64,000 nt of DNA from Raillietiella orientalis (Eukaryota), in NCBI GenBank assembly GCA_036172245.1, contig JAYWIR010000007.1:2728001-2792000 (forward strand), given 5' to 3'. A model generated the notes under the pieces. That model was not told the DNA's origin. It did no database searches and was given only the letters and a program-made list of their open reading frames with translations. Positions 50,581 to 62,649 of this stretch are shown piece after piece. The position numbers and the translations under genes were made by a program. How positions within the stretch are numbered: position 1 is the stretch's first letter; each line of letters starts with the position of its first letter.

Positions 50581-51083
50581 ACTACAGGCTGGCCTCAGCT
50601 CTCCTGCACCTGGGGGACACCGCAAGGGATTTGATGCGCCGCTTCTTCACGCCAGGCAGTCTGTCCTTAGGTGCTGTCATCGCAACGGTCTGTTGCACCC
50701 GCGCCATCGACAAGGCCCACCGAGAGCTGGAGAAGCTGATGATTCGTCGCCAGGCCACCGGAATAGCCGGCGAGAACATGATGTCGGCTGCCGAGTGGGT
50801 CCATCTTCCAGAGGACGTGAGGAGCGAGATCACCGGCATCCATAGCCGGTTCTGAAGGAAAGGAACGGCCCAAACCAAAGACCCCTGTCCCCTCACCTCC
50901 CCATATCTTTATTTCTATTTTTGATATGTGTATTTGTGGTCCCCTCCCTACCGTTCCGGACTTTCGGTATACCGACCTGCGTGTCGGGATCCCTCCCCCC
51001 CTTCGCTTCTTCTTTGTCCTTTGTCCGGGAACTCTGTTCCTGGATAGTTTAGAAATAAACGCTCCGGCGCACCCGGGTGACAA
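50581..51083 (+). mobile_element. 503-bp 5'-truncated L1/Tx1-like insertion with 15-bp TSD
   Basis: ORF2 end ...SAAEWVHLPEDVRSEITGIHSRF*; AATAAACGCTCCGGCGCACCCGGGTGACAA; TSD ACAGGTTTGGGCAGA at 50566-50580 and 51084-51098. Confidence 0.92.
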
Positions 51084-51832
51084 ACAGGTTTGGGCAGAGG
51101 GGAATGATACAACGAAAATAAACCACATTTTGAAATTTCACGTCTGAAGCAGATAATGCGGCATGAAAATTTCAAAGATACAAAAAGAAAAAAAAGCCAT
51201 GGCTCGCAAAGAAAAAGAAAGAAAGAGAAGTTGCGACTGGAGCACTGCTTTGAGGTCAATCAAAAACGTGCAATTTATGCAGAAACGCTTGGCAAGTAAT
51301 TTCGGACTGAACGATCTGAGCCATCCATCTGAATGGAACGAAGAGGACTGCGTCCATGACCGTCCCACATTCAGCTGAACAAGAAACACGCGATTGGAAT
51401 TTAAGTCACACAGATCAACATAAATGCAAATTTCAGTTGAAAATTGTAAATACGGGACGGAGAGGAGACACGCAGATTGATGTCACACTTACAATGAGAC
51501 AAGTTTACGGACGCAGTTAAAAAAGCATTCAAAGTATGAAAACCAAGTAGCAATTGCATGTGAACAGTGGAGAACGAGGGGAAAATTATCATTGCTAAAA
51601 TGAAAAAAAGTGACGACGAATGCATCTCCAAACCACAACGCAGCATGGATCGATAATAATAATAATAGCTTTTGTCCATCGATAAACCTTGCTTATATCA
51701 TAGTAAACTTCGTGGCTAAGTTGCAGTAAACACTTGTTTACAATTTCTACGAAGAAGGCAGAGAGGTTTTCATTAAGTGACAAACACATTTCGAGTAGCT
51801 CGAGTGAATACACAAAGAAGCGTTCGAAGGCT

Positions 51833-52517
51833 CAGTAAACCCGAAGCCGACAAGGACACCAGTGCCCTCTAAGAAGCCGCCAACCGCTACGGGAGCGACA
51901 GGGTCAACCTGCTAGCCATTGGAACGACCCTCTGGAGGAGTGACTTATCGCCAGACTCGCAGGATAACCGCAGGGTCTAGGATGAAGCACTTTACTGGGA
52001 GAAGAGAGGATGAGGACTGCAAAGCATGTGGAGACGTGGATACAAGACTTCACGTCCTGACCTGTCCCAAGATGCACAAAGACTAGCAAACCCTGAAAAG
52101 GATCATAGGGCTACAGAACATCTTAGTCATGGAAGTCTTAGCAGGGATGTTCCAAGGAATACCATGGTTAGGACGACCATCACCCTCTTCATCATCGCGA
52201 TCCTCATACTTTGGTGGAAGATGAAGACCGCCAGAATGGCCGTATCTCCCATGGAAATCCTGAAAGGCATCATCCAAAAGAAACTGTGGCAGAGTGCCGG
52301 TCTGGACTTACCGATACATCTTGAAGAGGATTGAGGACACCGCGCAGGCACACCCACCACTCAGTTCCACCTAAATGCAGAACCCAAATGAAAAGACCCC
52401 AAAGAAGTAGACTTCAAAGTGTTACCCGTGGTGTGCATGAGTATATTGAATGAATGAGAATGTAGCGTGAATGAAAAAAAAATGGATTTACCCCACCCCT
52501 TGTGGGATTGGGGAAAA
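51833..52517 (+). mobile_element. 5'-truncated non-LTR insertion of a second family with 9-bp TSD
   Basis: DCKACGDVDTRLHVLTCPK (CCHC) then a hydrophobic ILILWWKM tail; 3' hairpin CCCCACCCCTTGTGGGATTGGGG + A4; TSD TCGAAGGCT at 51824-51832 and 52518-52526. Confidence 0.75.
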
Positions 52518-53800
52518 TCGAAGGCTAATCGAAAGCTGCAAACCACTAGTTCTACTGCCTTGTCAAGATTTAGTAAATACGGTCCTTTTCGGAATTCCTG
52601 GAGATTGTTTCCACCCCGTAGTGAGAGAAAGGCACTCTCGATTGCACGAATTCTTTAGCTGAAAGAGTGCGTGCATTCTTAGGGAAAACGTGAAGAGTGG
52701 GGGGAGACATAGGTTGGTCATGGTGCAAATAAGCAGAGTATGCGGAGTACCTGGGAATCCTGGATGAACTTGTCAGCTGTGATGTAAGTTGAGTCATCTA
52801 TGCTGTAAATTAGAACAGAGCAAAGTTCTCCGAGTTTACGAGGAAAAAAATTCTGTCCACAAAAGTCTGTGATGTGCTGCAGTGTGATTTCACTTCCTGA
52901 TTAGTTAATCAAACACCAAGGGAAAACATGGGAATTTCGTTATGCCCGTTTCCCATATTCTTTCGCATTTGTGTTTAAAGTATGTCCACACATAAAAAAT
53001 ATAATTCTTTTATAATCAGTTTACAGAGAACTTTTACATAATCATGTATGGATGTGCATGTGCATGAAATGTGTGTTTGAAATCATTGGTTGGTTTCCCC
53101 TAAATCAAGGTTCACTCCATTCAATCATTTTTATCTGTTTTATCTGATCATGGTTATGCAGATAAAAATTAAAAACTGCTGAAGGAAACTAATAATTTTA
53201 CACTGTCGTTCGGGTATCAGGGATTTATTTATGTTTTATCATATTCATGAAAAAAACTAAAGGCGCACCCATGATACGATTCAGCTGTTAGTGTAGAATA
53301 ACTGATAGGAAGTGTAGAATAATTCATTATATGTGAAGTGTTATGTTTGTGGTTTGCTGAATTTGAAGCCCGAGATTCGTGTATGTTGAAACAGATTTGA
53401 AATTGTTAAGTTGTTTTCCAATGAAAATTCAAAGAAATGTTTTAACTTATGTCTAACACTACATTGAGATCGATAAGACCATCATTGAATTTTCAAGATT
53501 TGCAAGAATTGTAACCAATTTTTTAAAAACTCTGTATTTATATATAATGTTTATAAAGATTAGTTGCTTTTCTCATAGGTGCACGTTAAGAATCAAGCCA
53601 TTTGTTAGTAGTTAATAAAAAAATGCACATGAAAAATTCCATGCTATTTGTTTCCTCATGGATTTCTAATTATGAGATCCAACAAGTAATGCAAAAGCAT
53701 TAAAAGAGATAACTGGTATACGTAGTAAGTGTGTGCCAGTATTAATTTAATAAAGTAATGGGAATTGGAGTTTCACATGGTAGTCTTTATGATTGAATTG

Positions 53801-55349
53801 ATGATGGCAAGCTATTTACCAGAAACTGATTCTGAAGATGAGTTACCATCAGGTTGGCAGGAAAAAATTGCGAAGAGTGGTTGCGTTTATTATCATAAGT
53901 ATGAGGTTGCATGTACCAGTAAATTGTATATCATGTATTTATAGTCCACATACACAAGTTAGTCAGTGGATACATCCTAGAACTGGAAGGAAAAAGCAGA
54001 TTCCAAAAGGTAAACATGCCTGTTCATTTGTTTTGTAATTGTTTTTGTTTTTCTTGATCCTATTCAGAACTCCCATTTGGTTGGGAAGAAAAAAAAACAG
54101 AAGATGGTACCGTTTTCATCAGTCAGCTAACCAAACAAGTTACACATCTGGATCCCAGAATGGCTTTTGCCATAGAAGAGAAAGGGGAAGGTCCCAGGCA
54201 AATTTTTGATGCATCCTCCACAGCACTACAAGTTCTGCACGGAATAGATCTCAGGGGCAAGGTGGCAGTAATTACAGGAGGCAATGCAGGAATTGGTAGA
54301 TACGAAATAATCGATGGAACATGTTTTCTGTAGGATTTGAAACTGCTAGAGCATTCGCACTTCATGGATGTCATGTAGTGTTAGCTTGTCGTGATGTATC
54401 CAGTGCTCAGAAAACAGTTGAGCGGATTTCTGAAGAACATTCACAGAGTCTCTTGCACTTTCTCAGACTTGACTTGGCATCGTTGCAGAGTGTGAGGCAG
54501 TGCTGTCAGTCTTTGCATCAACAGTATGAGTGAGTCATGCACCTGAGTTTAAACATTGCTGTGCTAAGAGCATTGCATATATTGGTGTTGAATGCTGGAG
54601 TGTTCGCACATCCTTATTCTTTAACTCAAGATGGTTTGGAATATACATTCCAAGTTAATCACTTAGCTCATTTCTACATGACAATCTTGTTGCATTCTTT
54701 GTTGGTACGGGGTGCTGCACGCATTGTCATTGTCTCTTCTGAATCCCATCGGTAGGTTTTTGTTGGATTTAAAAGGCAACTTCTGGATGTTTAGCTTTTC
54801 TATGTTGACAGCTGATAATCTGGAACAGTTGCCACAGCCTCCTATGCAATTTTTCTTTCCAATGTTAGCATATAACAACTCTAAGCTGTGCAACATTTTG
54901 TTCATGCAGCAACTTCGGCAGCAATCCGAGTGGAATAGAGTGAGCTGTTTTGCTGTGCATCCTGGAAATTTAGTAAATTCTGGATTGTCTCGTCATTGGT
55001 GGGCTTATCGTTTACTTTTTTGGGTGGTTAGCCCATTCACCAAGACACTGGTAAGTAGTCAAGTAAAATTTCTTGCACAGATGCTGGGATCAGCGTTTGT
55101 GCTTTATGCTTGCCTTTGCATTTCAAAAAGTTTGTGTTGTTCATGTTGCTCTTGTTGTAGGAACAAGCAGCTAGTACAACTGTCTATTGTGCTACACTTG
55201 CAGACTCCTCATTCTTGTATTTCAATAATTGCTACCCATGCAAGCCATCTTCTGCTGCACTTGATGAGGAGCTGGGGAAGAAGCTTTGGGATTTATGCAT
55301 GGAATTGATAGAAGAAAAAATGGGTTCTTTATTAGTTGAATGCAATTAG
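53801..55349 (+). CDS. WWOX: WW domain-containing oxidoreductase; exons 53801-53898, 53945-54009, 54068-54295, 54334-54529, 54569-54751, 54795-55050, 55161-55349 (1215 nt, 404 aa)
   Basis: [12 protein letters not shown]...[10 protein letters not shown] (WW1), ELPFGWEE...LDPR (WW2), TGGNAGIG Rossmann motif, LNAG, VSSESHR, catalytic YNNSK, VHPGN, PFTK..QAA.TTVYCA. All six introns are GT-AG and preserve frame. The start could be 53804 or an upstream in-frame ATG (53777/53789). Confidence 0.97.
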
Positions 55350-56129
55350 CTTGTTGATGGGTAATGCTGTGAGACTTGAGTCAGAATGCCTGGATTTCAA
55401 TGCGTCTCCTGATTAGCAAAATCAAAACTTTTCACAGGGATCCATTGACAACGTGGCTGTATTTTAAATACAACTGATGCCAGTTTTGCAATTCATTGTG
55501 ATGAAAAACTGCTCAAAGTTCGGTTTATATGATTTCAGATTTTGCTTGCTGCATATGAGTTCATGACATGAAATTAATGTCATAAATCTGTAGCTGAATT
55601 TATATCGTTTAAGACTAAAATCATATTGAAACCTTGGGGAAAAACAAAAGGTAGACTGCATTTTATGTAGAGGTTTGTTCTGATTAAATTCCACGTTGTT
55701 ACATGTATTTTTGATCGTAGCAGAAGCAGATCCTACCCAAATGCTGAAGGTTTTAACAAATCAGTCAAGTGTCGAAAAATTCTTAAGAATATTTTTGCCT
55801 ACTTGAGGAAAAAGCTTGCGAACCTTTTTTCATTTTCTCCAAAACAAACAGAAGTCAAGAGCCTTTCGAAAGTGTTCAGTGTTCTTTGAAGGTCGCAGTT
55901 ATTCATTTATCCATTTGTAGTGATGTGTGTCTCACGTGTGCACCATTCGTCATTCGGAAAAAACGCTTTTGTTCATTTAAAGTGTTACGGTGAAATTTAA
56001 TTTCGTGTAATTGGAATTCTAATGCGTAATCGATTCAGTGCTCCTTGAGGTTTGATTTCATCTTTCAAAATCACTCGGTTTGTTGATTTCTGCATGATTG
56101 CATTTTGTCGGTTGAGTTTGCTGTTGCAT

Positions 56130-56983
56130 CTAAGTGAAACGGATGCACTATAAAAGGAATGCAAAAGCAAACATGAAGACTCCTCATAAATGTATGCGTT
56201 GTTTACTTACTATGCTCGTGTGCTTTTAATTCCATATCCATTACTTTCTAATGTTGAGCGATGCATCGAGTAATTGCACACTATGTGTGCAGACCCGGAA
56301 GAATTGGCAAAAGTGCGGTCGACTAAGCGTGCAGTCATCTAACACTGGAAACACTGTTCATTGTCCTTGCTGGGATCTAGGACAGAGGTCTAATAGGAAG
56401 GAAAGTTACGATTAGAAAGTCCAATCGGTTAAGGCAAAAACACATTCCGATTCATCGAGTTTCCTTGCACATCATACTCACAAAAGTCCAAAGTTGATCA
56501 GCAGCTTCAAAGATAATGCTTTTTGTGTTTGTGTCTGCGAGGCGAAAGTACAAAAACAACGGCACCGAGAGATCACATACCATTAGCTAAAATCGTCGCT
56601 GATTGGGGCGTCAAGTCGGATGACTTGTCGACAAAACCAGTTCAGGTTCTCGAGAGGGATCTGTGTAAGAGGGAACACTGTGATCCTCTGGGAAGAAACG
56701 TTGGCAATTGGGGAGTAGAAGGGCGGAGGGGGAGGGTCTTTCGTTGCGTGTATGCACGGATTTTAGAGCAGTCAGCAATTTGGAAACTCACGTTAAAGCT
56801 ACGTTTTGGGTAAGGACGCATGGCAATTTAGAGCATGTGGCTTGTTCCTCGAAACGTGGTGCCATTTTCAAGGTTCGGTATTTATTGCGTGCTGTACGAA
56901 CTGATACGTTGTACTTGTTCAGCGAGTTACCAGAAGCTGTTGCGATAAGGGTTGTCGTAGTTCTGGTGCCTGTTGGCAGCTGA
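56130..56983 (+). mobile_element. Possible decayed hAT (Ac/ZBED-like) transposase fragments
   Basis: NCTLC...SSNTGNTVH (BED-finger-like), LAKIVADWGV and NVGNWGVEG (cf. L..VL.EWGI), HVACSS (cf. H..CFAH). Very degenerate. Confidence 0.25.
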
Positions 56984-58199
56984 TTCAGTAAGTGCTTTCG
57001 GAATTCTTATGTTTGGATTGCAAGGGTTGGGGGATTCCACATTGTAAAGGCTGCAAGATCGCTTTTCAAGTGATGGGCGAACGAATGGGCAATTTCTTGG
57101 CAGCACGAAATTTCCAAAGATGGTTTCAAAGAGCCTTAAAGGAAGAAATAAAGGAGGAACGTTTCCTCTTGAGGAAATGTGGCATTCAGTGAGCCTGCGT
57201 GATTGGATTTCATGTTGCTGTGGTTCTGCATTTCGGTTTACCTAATTGAAATCTGTGGTCTTCCTCCGATACCTTAGGGTGTCTCTCCGTCTCAAGAGCA
57301 ATTCTTAAGATTCTGTTGGATCGATGTCCTCATCTGCTGGCACCTTGAATTCCACTCCCAGGCTGCGCACTTCCTGGAAGCAGTTCCTGCTTCGGGCGAG
57401 CAGAAACGGCGGCGTTAAACCGAGCACAGAACGGGAGCTTCCTCCGAGCTCCTTTTGGCTCCGCGAAGCTTTGCAGGGTCACGGGAAGCTCTCCGGCATC
57501 TCCGGAGTCGAGTGAGATCGGAACGCAAACAGGCAAAATACAGGAGCATCACGAGGGAAGACGTGCGATGCGCTTGGGGATGCCGAACACTGTTCGCGCA
57601 CGGCATCGACTTCTCGTGAACCTTTGAGGAGGAGGCCTAGGGAGATGAGAAACCGTGAAGCTGCAGGAGCTGTTTTTCGGAACAGGGTTTTGCGGGGCTG
57701 CCTGTTTAGAGACAAGCCGAGAAGATAAGAAAGATAAATCACGTCCAGGATTCGAAAGCATTGAAGGAACGTACCTTTGAACCGGGAAACGCGGAGGTAT
57801 TTGCACAGCATATCGTGCATGTCTGCGCCAGAATGTTTGCTACTGCGTCGCAGGCAGCTGGTACCGGGATGGTCTTTTGTGATTTCGGAGTACGTGAGGT
57901 GGAGGGAGGATCAGCCGAGGGAGCGTCCATTTTGACGCGCGCGCGAGGTCTGGGGCATTCGAAAGTAACGAAGTTCTCGCGAAGGGTCGAAGACGAGCTG
58001 CCCGTTCAAGAAGCGCCTGGAGTCTTCCGAATCGACCGAGTTTGCCCGTCTTTGTTCGGGCAGCAAGCACGCACACATCCAAGCAGGAAGAGAGAGAGAG
58101 AGAGAGAGAAGGAATGAGCAAAAGTCTTTTGATTTTGGCTTGGTCCTACTGGATCTTCGAGTGACCCAAAGCCGTAGGTTGCTCCGTTCGGCGGGAGCC

Positions 58200-60350
58200 A
58201 GCGGGTTCGAAACACTTCCTGCTCTTCAGGCGGTCTGTAGCGAGACCGGGAACATTCTCGCTCCCCTCAGAATTCTCAGCGTTTCTCGGCTTCTTTCCTG
58301 TTGGAATCTGATCGGGTTATCGAGAGCCCCTCCAGCCAATCAGAACCGATGGCAAACGCCGTGCACTACACCTCTATGCTGTACATCGAATACAAAAGGG
58401 GACGTCTTCCGATGACGCTCGCTCGTCCTGGATTCCCATTCGCGTTGGAGATGCCAGACTTTGTTGGCAACCGCTTCCTGCTACTCTCTCCTCTCCGAGT
58501 CAGTGGCGGGGCAAGCCCGGTGCTTGCAGAGCGCCAGCTGAGCATCTTAAGGAGAGCTCGGACAACACGAAATGGACATCCGGGTAAAGGGAGGGAGGGA
58601 AGGCAAAGAACAAATCTGAGAGAGCAAGAGAGGACGGCGCGATGACATCTGGGATTTGGGTAGAAGGACGAGGAGGAAGCGAAATTGCCGGAAGGGAGAC
58701 GGGGAAGGAAAGATGGTTAGGGGTCCGTTCCTGAAAAGTTGAAAGGCTCCTCCTCCCTCTGGCGAACACAGGGACCGCTGAAGCAGCTCTCCCTAGGCAA
58801 ATTCCGTAGCATCCCGCCTCGCATCCTCTGCAAACATCTGGGATGGAAATGCCGGCCGGTGGCAGCGTCCGTGGGGGATGTGCGCAGAGAGCATTTGCGG
58901 AACTGGGGCAAGGCGGCATGAAAGCAAACGCTGCGAGAGATTTTCTCGCCGGGTAGCTCAGGTGACGACGCTTGAAAACAAGGAGGGTTGCCGATGGTGC
59001 AGAGCATCACTTAGAAGGATGGAGAAATGGGGTACGAAGGTGAGCAAGCGGTGCAATTTTTTGGGGGTAGGCACAGGAAAGGTTAGAGTGGAGAAGGACG
59101 GGAGCCGGTTGCTGAGCTAGAGAGAGGCTGCAACGATGACCGGAATGCAACTCTGGAGAAGGCGAGACGTCCGGTCTGTCCAGTCACGGTGCCACTGGTC
59201 GAGTCGTCGCACATGAGAGGAAGGAGCGAATTCCTACAGGGTTCCTTCGCAACAGTCTCCATCCGAGTTTTCCGAGGGAGAGAGGGTCCGGTAATTGAGG
59301 GGGGGTAGGATGGGGAAAGAGAAGGAGTGGTCATCCGGGCGAGTCTTGAAAGATGGCTCTCCTCCGCTGAGGCTCGCAATTTTTTCTCATCTTCCGAGAG
59401 GAAAAGCCTTGGGATCCCCACGAGTGCAGCAGTGATGGTCCCGTTCTCAGGTCTTTCCCCTTCCGGAGCGAAGGTTCTGAACCAGTAACCATGACAATGT
59501 TTTCTAGAAGGGCATCGGTCGCTGAGTTCAGGATCTGGTGCTTTAGAAGCATCGCCCCTTGCAGATGGTGCAATAGGAAGAGCCGCGCTGTCTTTGCCTC
59601 CGTCCCTCCCACCACCCTAACCCTAAAGCTAGCAGGGGAAGGGGTCAGGAGTGAGAGTGGGGGGCAGAGGGGTGGTCGCGTCCGCATGTCAGTAGGGCAG
59701 AGTACAGCTACCTGTTTCTCGGGACCTCAGGATTCCCGCTGCAGAGCCTTGGGGTTCAAGCGTTCCCCTCCCTCTTCCCTTCGTTTCCATCCCTGTGTTT
59801 TCAGTGGTTCTGGAGCTACGCCGAGGATCGACCTACCTGTCGGCTCTTCCCTGAAGAATGAGCAGGCTGAGAGTCCTGTAACTGAAAAAATCCGTCGTTA
59901 GTTTCATCCTCTTACTCCGCTCCTCCTCCCCTCACCCTTCTCCGCTCCCCACCGCCCACACTTTCCGCAGGAAGGCCGTGTCACAGTTTCCCGGTTTCTG
60001 CTGGCTCTGATGGAAGGGGCGAGAGCATGCATCGTGAACAGAGAGAGAGGTTGGCCTATTCTCCTGCACCCTGTCCCCTATTTCGCTTCGCTGTCCTGCG
60101 CCCCATCGTTCAAGATGGGGACAGATGGCGACCGCAGAGGAGGTCGCACCCTTTCCCAAACACTTTTAGAGAGGGAAAGGGAGAGGAGATGGAAAGGGAC
60201 AAAGAAGGGTTTCCTTTCCCCTGTTTCCATCCTTCGGCAGTTGGCTCGTGTGAAAACGTCTCTCCTCCCCCTCCTGAAGCATCCATTGCGGAAGAGGGAG
60301 CCACCCCCATTATCAGACGGAACTACCTCTCCTGAAAGGTAGAAGAACAT
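58200..60350 (-). mobile_element. Decayed L1/Tx1-like ORF2 (linker + RT)
   Basis: RANCRRMETGERKPFF (cf. RA.W.EEGE..TKFF), LSEDEKKLRASAEES (cf. LS.EE...L..PIT.EE), SCRLAP...QMFAEDA (cf. GCPLSP...FADD). Confidence 0.55.
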
Positions 60351-62649
60351 TTCTCTAGCGGAAGGATGAGAGTAACGCTTTTCTTGGCACCCTTCCCCGT
60401 TTTCCATCGAACAGAGAGTGGGCGGGACGTCAGGGCGTCTCGTCCGCCCTCTGCCACCCCACAGACTCCGAGACCGTTGAGACAGGGGCTACCGCCTACC
60501 CTCCTGACTCAGCGCCCGAGCGCGCGCGCGCGCAATCTTCTCCCCCCCCTCCCCCTTTTCCCCCGTCTCTTCGCCCTTTGCGCGCCTCCGGGTGGGTCTT
60601 GGAAGAAGCTCTGCGGGAACGTCCGGAAGGCTCGTCGGGCGCTCGGTCGCCCGTTGGCCAATCAGAGAGCGCCGTCCGGACGTGCGCATGGTCCCGGTTC
60701 CCGGAGCGAACCTTCTCTCCCGATTGCGATCCGCGGCAATTTGCCGGGCGATTAGCCGTCGTCACGGAAACGGACCGCGCCGAAGGTTTATCGCGGCGGC
60801 GACCGCGCTCGCTCGCGAGGTGAAGGGAGCAGCGCGTTCGCGTGTGGAGGGGAGAGGAAGGAAGGGAGGGGGTCGGCGCGGGGAAGGATGGGGGAGTCCT
60901 GGAATCTCCACGGACCAGCAAGAAGCGCGCCAGGAAGAAAAGTCCCTCAGACGCGCGCGCGCGAACCCCTCCGCCTGGACCCCGGCTTCAAGGGGAGCGG
61001 ACGGGGGGCGTGCGACCGATCGACGCTGGCTCACCGTGTCGAAGCTACCGCTCCGGGTGTGCCCTCGCTGGACTCCTCTTCCTGATCGAGAGGAAGGAGT
61101 GGGAGAGGGGAGGAGGAGGGGGGAGGTGAAAGCGCGCCGCTCCTCAGGAGGCGCGCCGCGTCGTCATCGCTCCCGTCGCAGGGACGCCATCACTCCCTGT
61201 CGCTCCCGTTATCCCCCATTAGCAACGGCTAATGGCCAGTGGACGCCGACGTGCGATCTGATCCCCGGAAAACGAATGGCCCGCGTTCCCGGCTCGGCGG
61301 GATCGCGCACGCCGATAAAGAGGGGACCTGCCGGCTCGGGCGGGAGCGCCCGGTCAGCCCTCCTCCCGCTTATCACGGGGAGCGAGGCGATCCGTCTTCC
61401 CGGGTGAGCGTCGCGCCCGCTGCTGCCGTGGGCGCCGAGATCCGTATTTGCAGCTCCTGGAGAAGGGGGGAGGGGCGAGAAGAAAGGGCAACCCTGTCCC
61501 CCTCCCTCCTCCTTCCTCTTTTAGCCGCATGTCGGTGTTCCCCGTCTCCCTCGCTTCCCGTGGCGCTCGCCCTCGAGACGGCCCCGTGAGATTCCCCTTT
61601 CGGCCGTCCCGTTCCTCTCCCGCTTTCCCGTCTATCCGTCCCTGGTAAACTCCCCACTGACTGTCCCAGCCAGGCCACAGCGACGCCGTGGGATCTAAGC
61701 CGAAAGTAAGCATCGCTCTCTCACGTTCCTCCCTTCCCTTTTCGCGGGATGCCTCCTCCTCACTGTGCCCCGAAGATGCACGATAGAAGCGACTCTTCCC
61801 TCCGCCTCCCTTCGTGGAGGAAGGGGGGATGCCTTTCGTGGAGACGACGTGAGGAAGAGAGTTGGCGCGAGGGGCAGGGTCCTTCCCTGCATCTTCCCTG
61901 AATTCCCCATCCCTTTACGGTTTCCCTTACATAAGGAGAGGAAGTCCCCTTACATAGGAGTCCCCTTCCTCTGGGAAGACGGAAGGAGACTCAGAGAACA
62001 GTCGGGGAGTGCTCCCTTCCATGAATGCCTCCGGCCTCTCCGGCTTCCCCGGGAAAAGTCGATCTGGAAGTCGCCCTCCCTCTCCGGGGGAGTGAGGGGA
62101 AAGGGAAGAGCGGCGACCAAGAAGAAACTTTCCCGCTTCCTCTCCCTCTCCCGAGGCTGCCTCCGCTCCCGACCGGGATTCTTCGAGGGAAGTCCGCGTG
62201 TGCCCATCAAGAGGATGAGCGCGGCGGCGGCGGCGGCGATCTCTTGCCCCTCCCTCCCTCCTCCCCCTCTTTCCACTCGCTCCCTCCCATCCCCTCGCTC
62301 TCCGGTTCGTTTACCGCGATCGTTCCTCCGGGATGGATTGCGGTCGGATTTACGGCGCGCGATCATTAGCCGGGAGATAAATCGAGGGAGGCTGTCCTGG
62401 ACCGGTCTCCCGACGGAGCTCGTAAAAGCAGTTCCCCTGCGCACCCTCCTCTCCTCGTGATGGAATTGGAGGGGGAAGGGGGGGGAGGAATAGCCGCCGC
62501 CGCTGCAGCGGAAGGCGATCGAAGAGTCCAAAGGGACGGCAGGCGAAGCCCCTGCCACCTCCGCTCAGGATGGCACGAAGGAGCGACTGCAGGGACCCTC
62601 CTTTTCCTTCAGCCCTGACCATACTCATCGCTGCTCTTTGGTCGACTCT

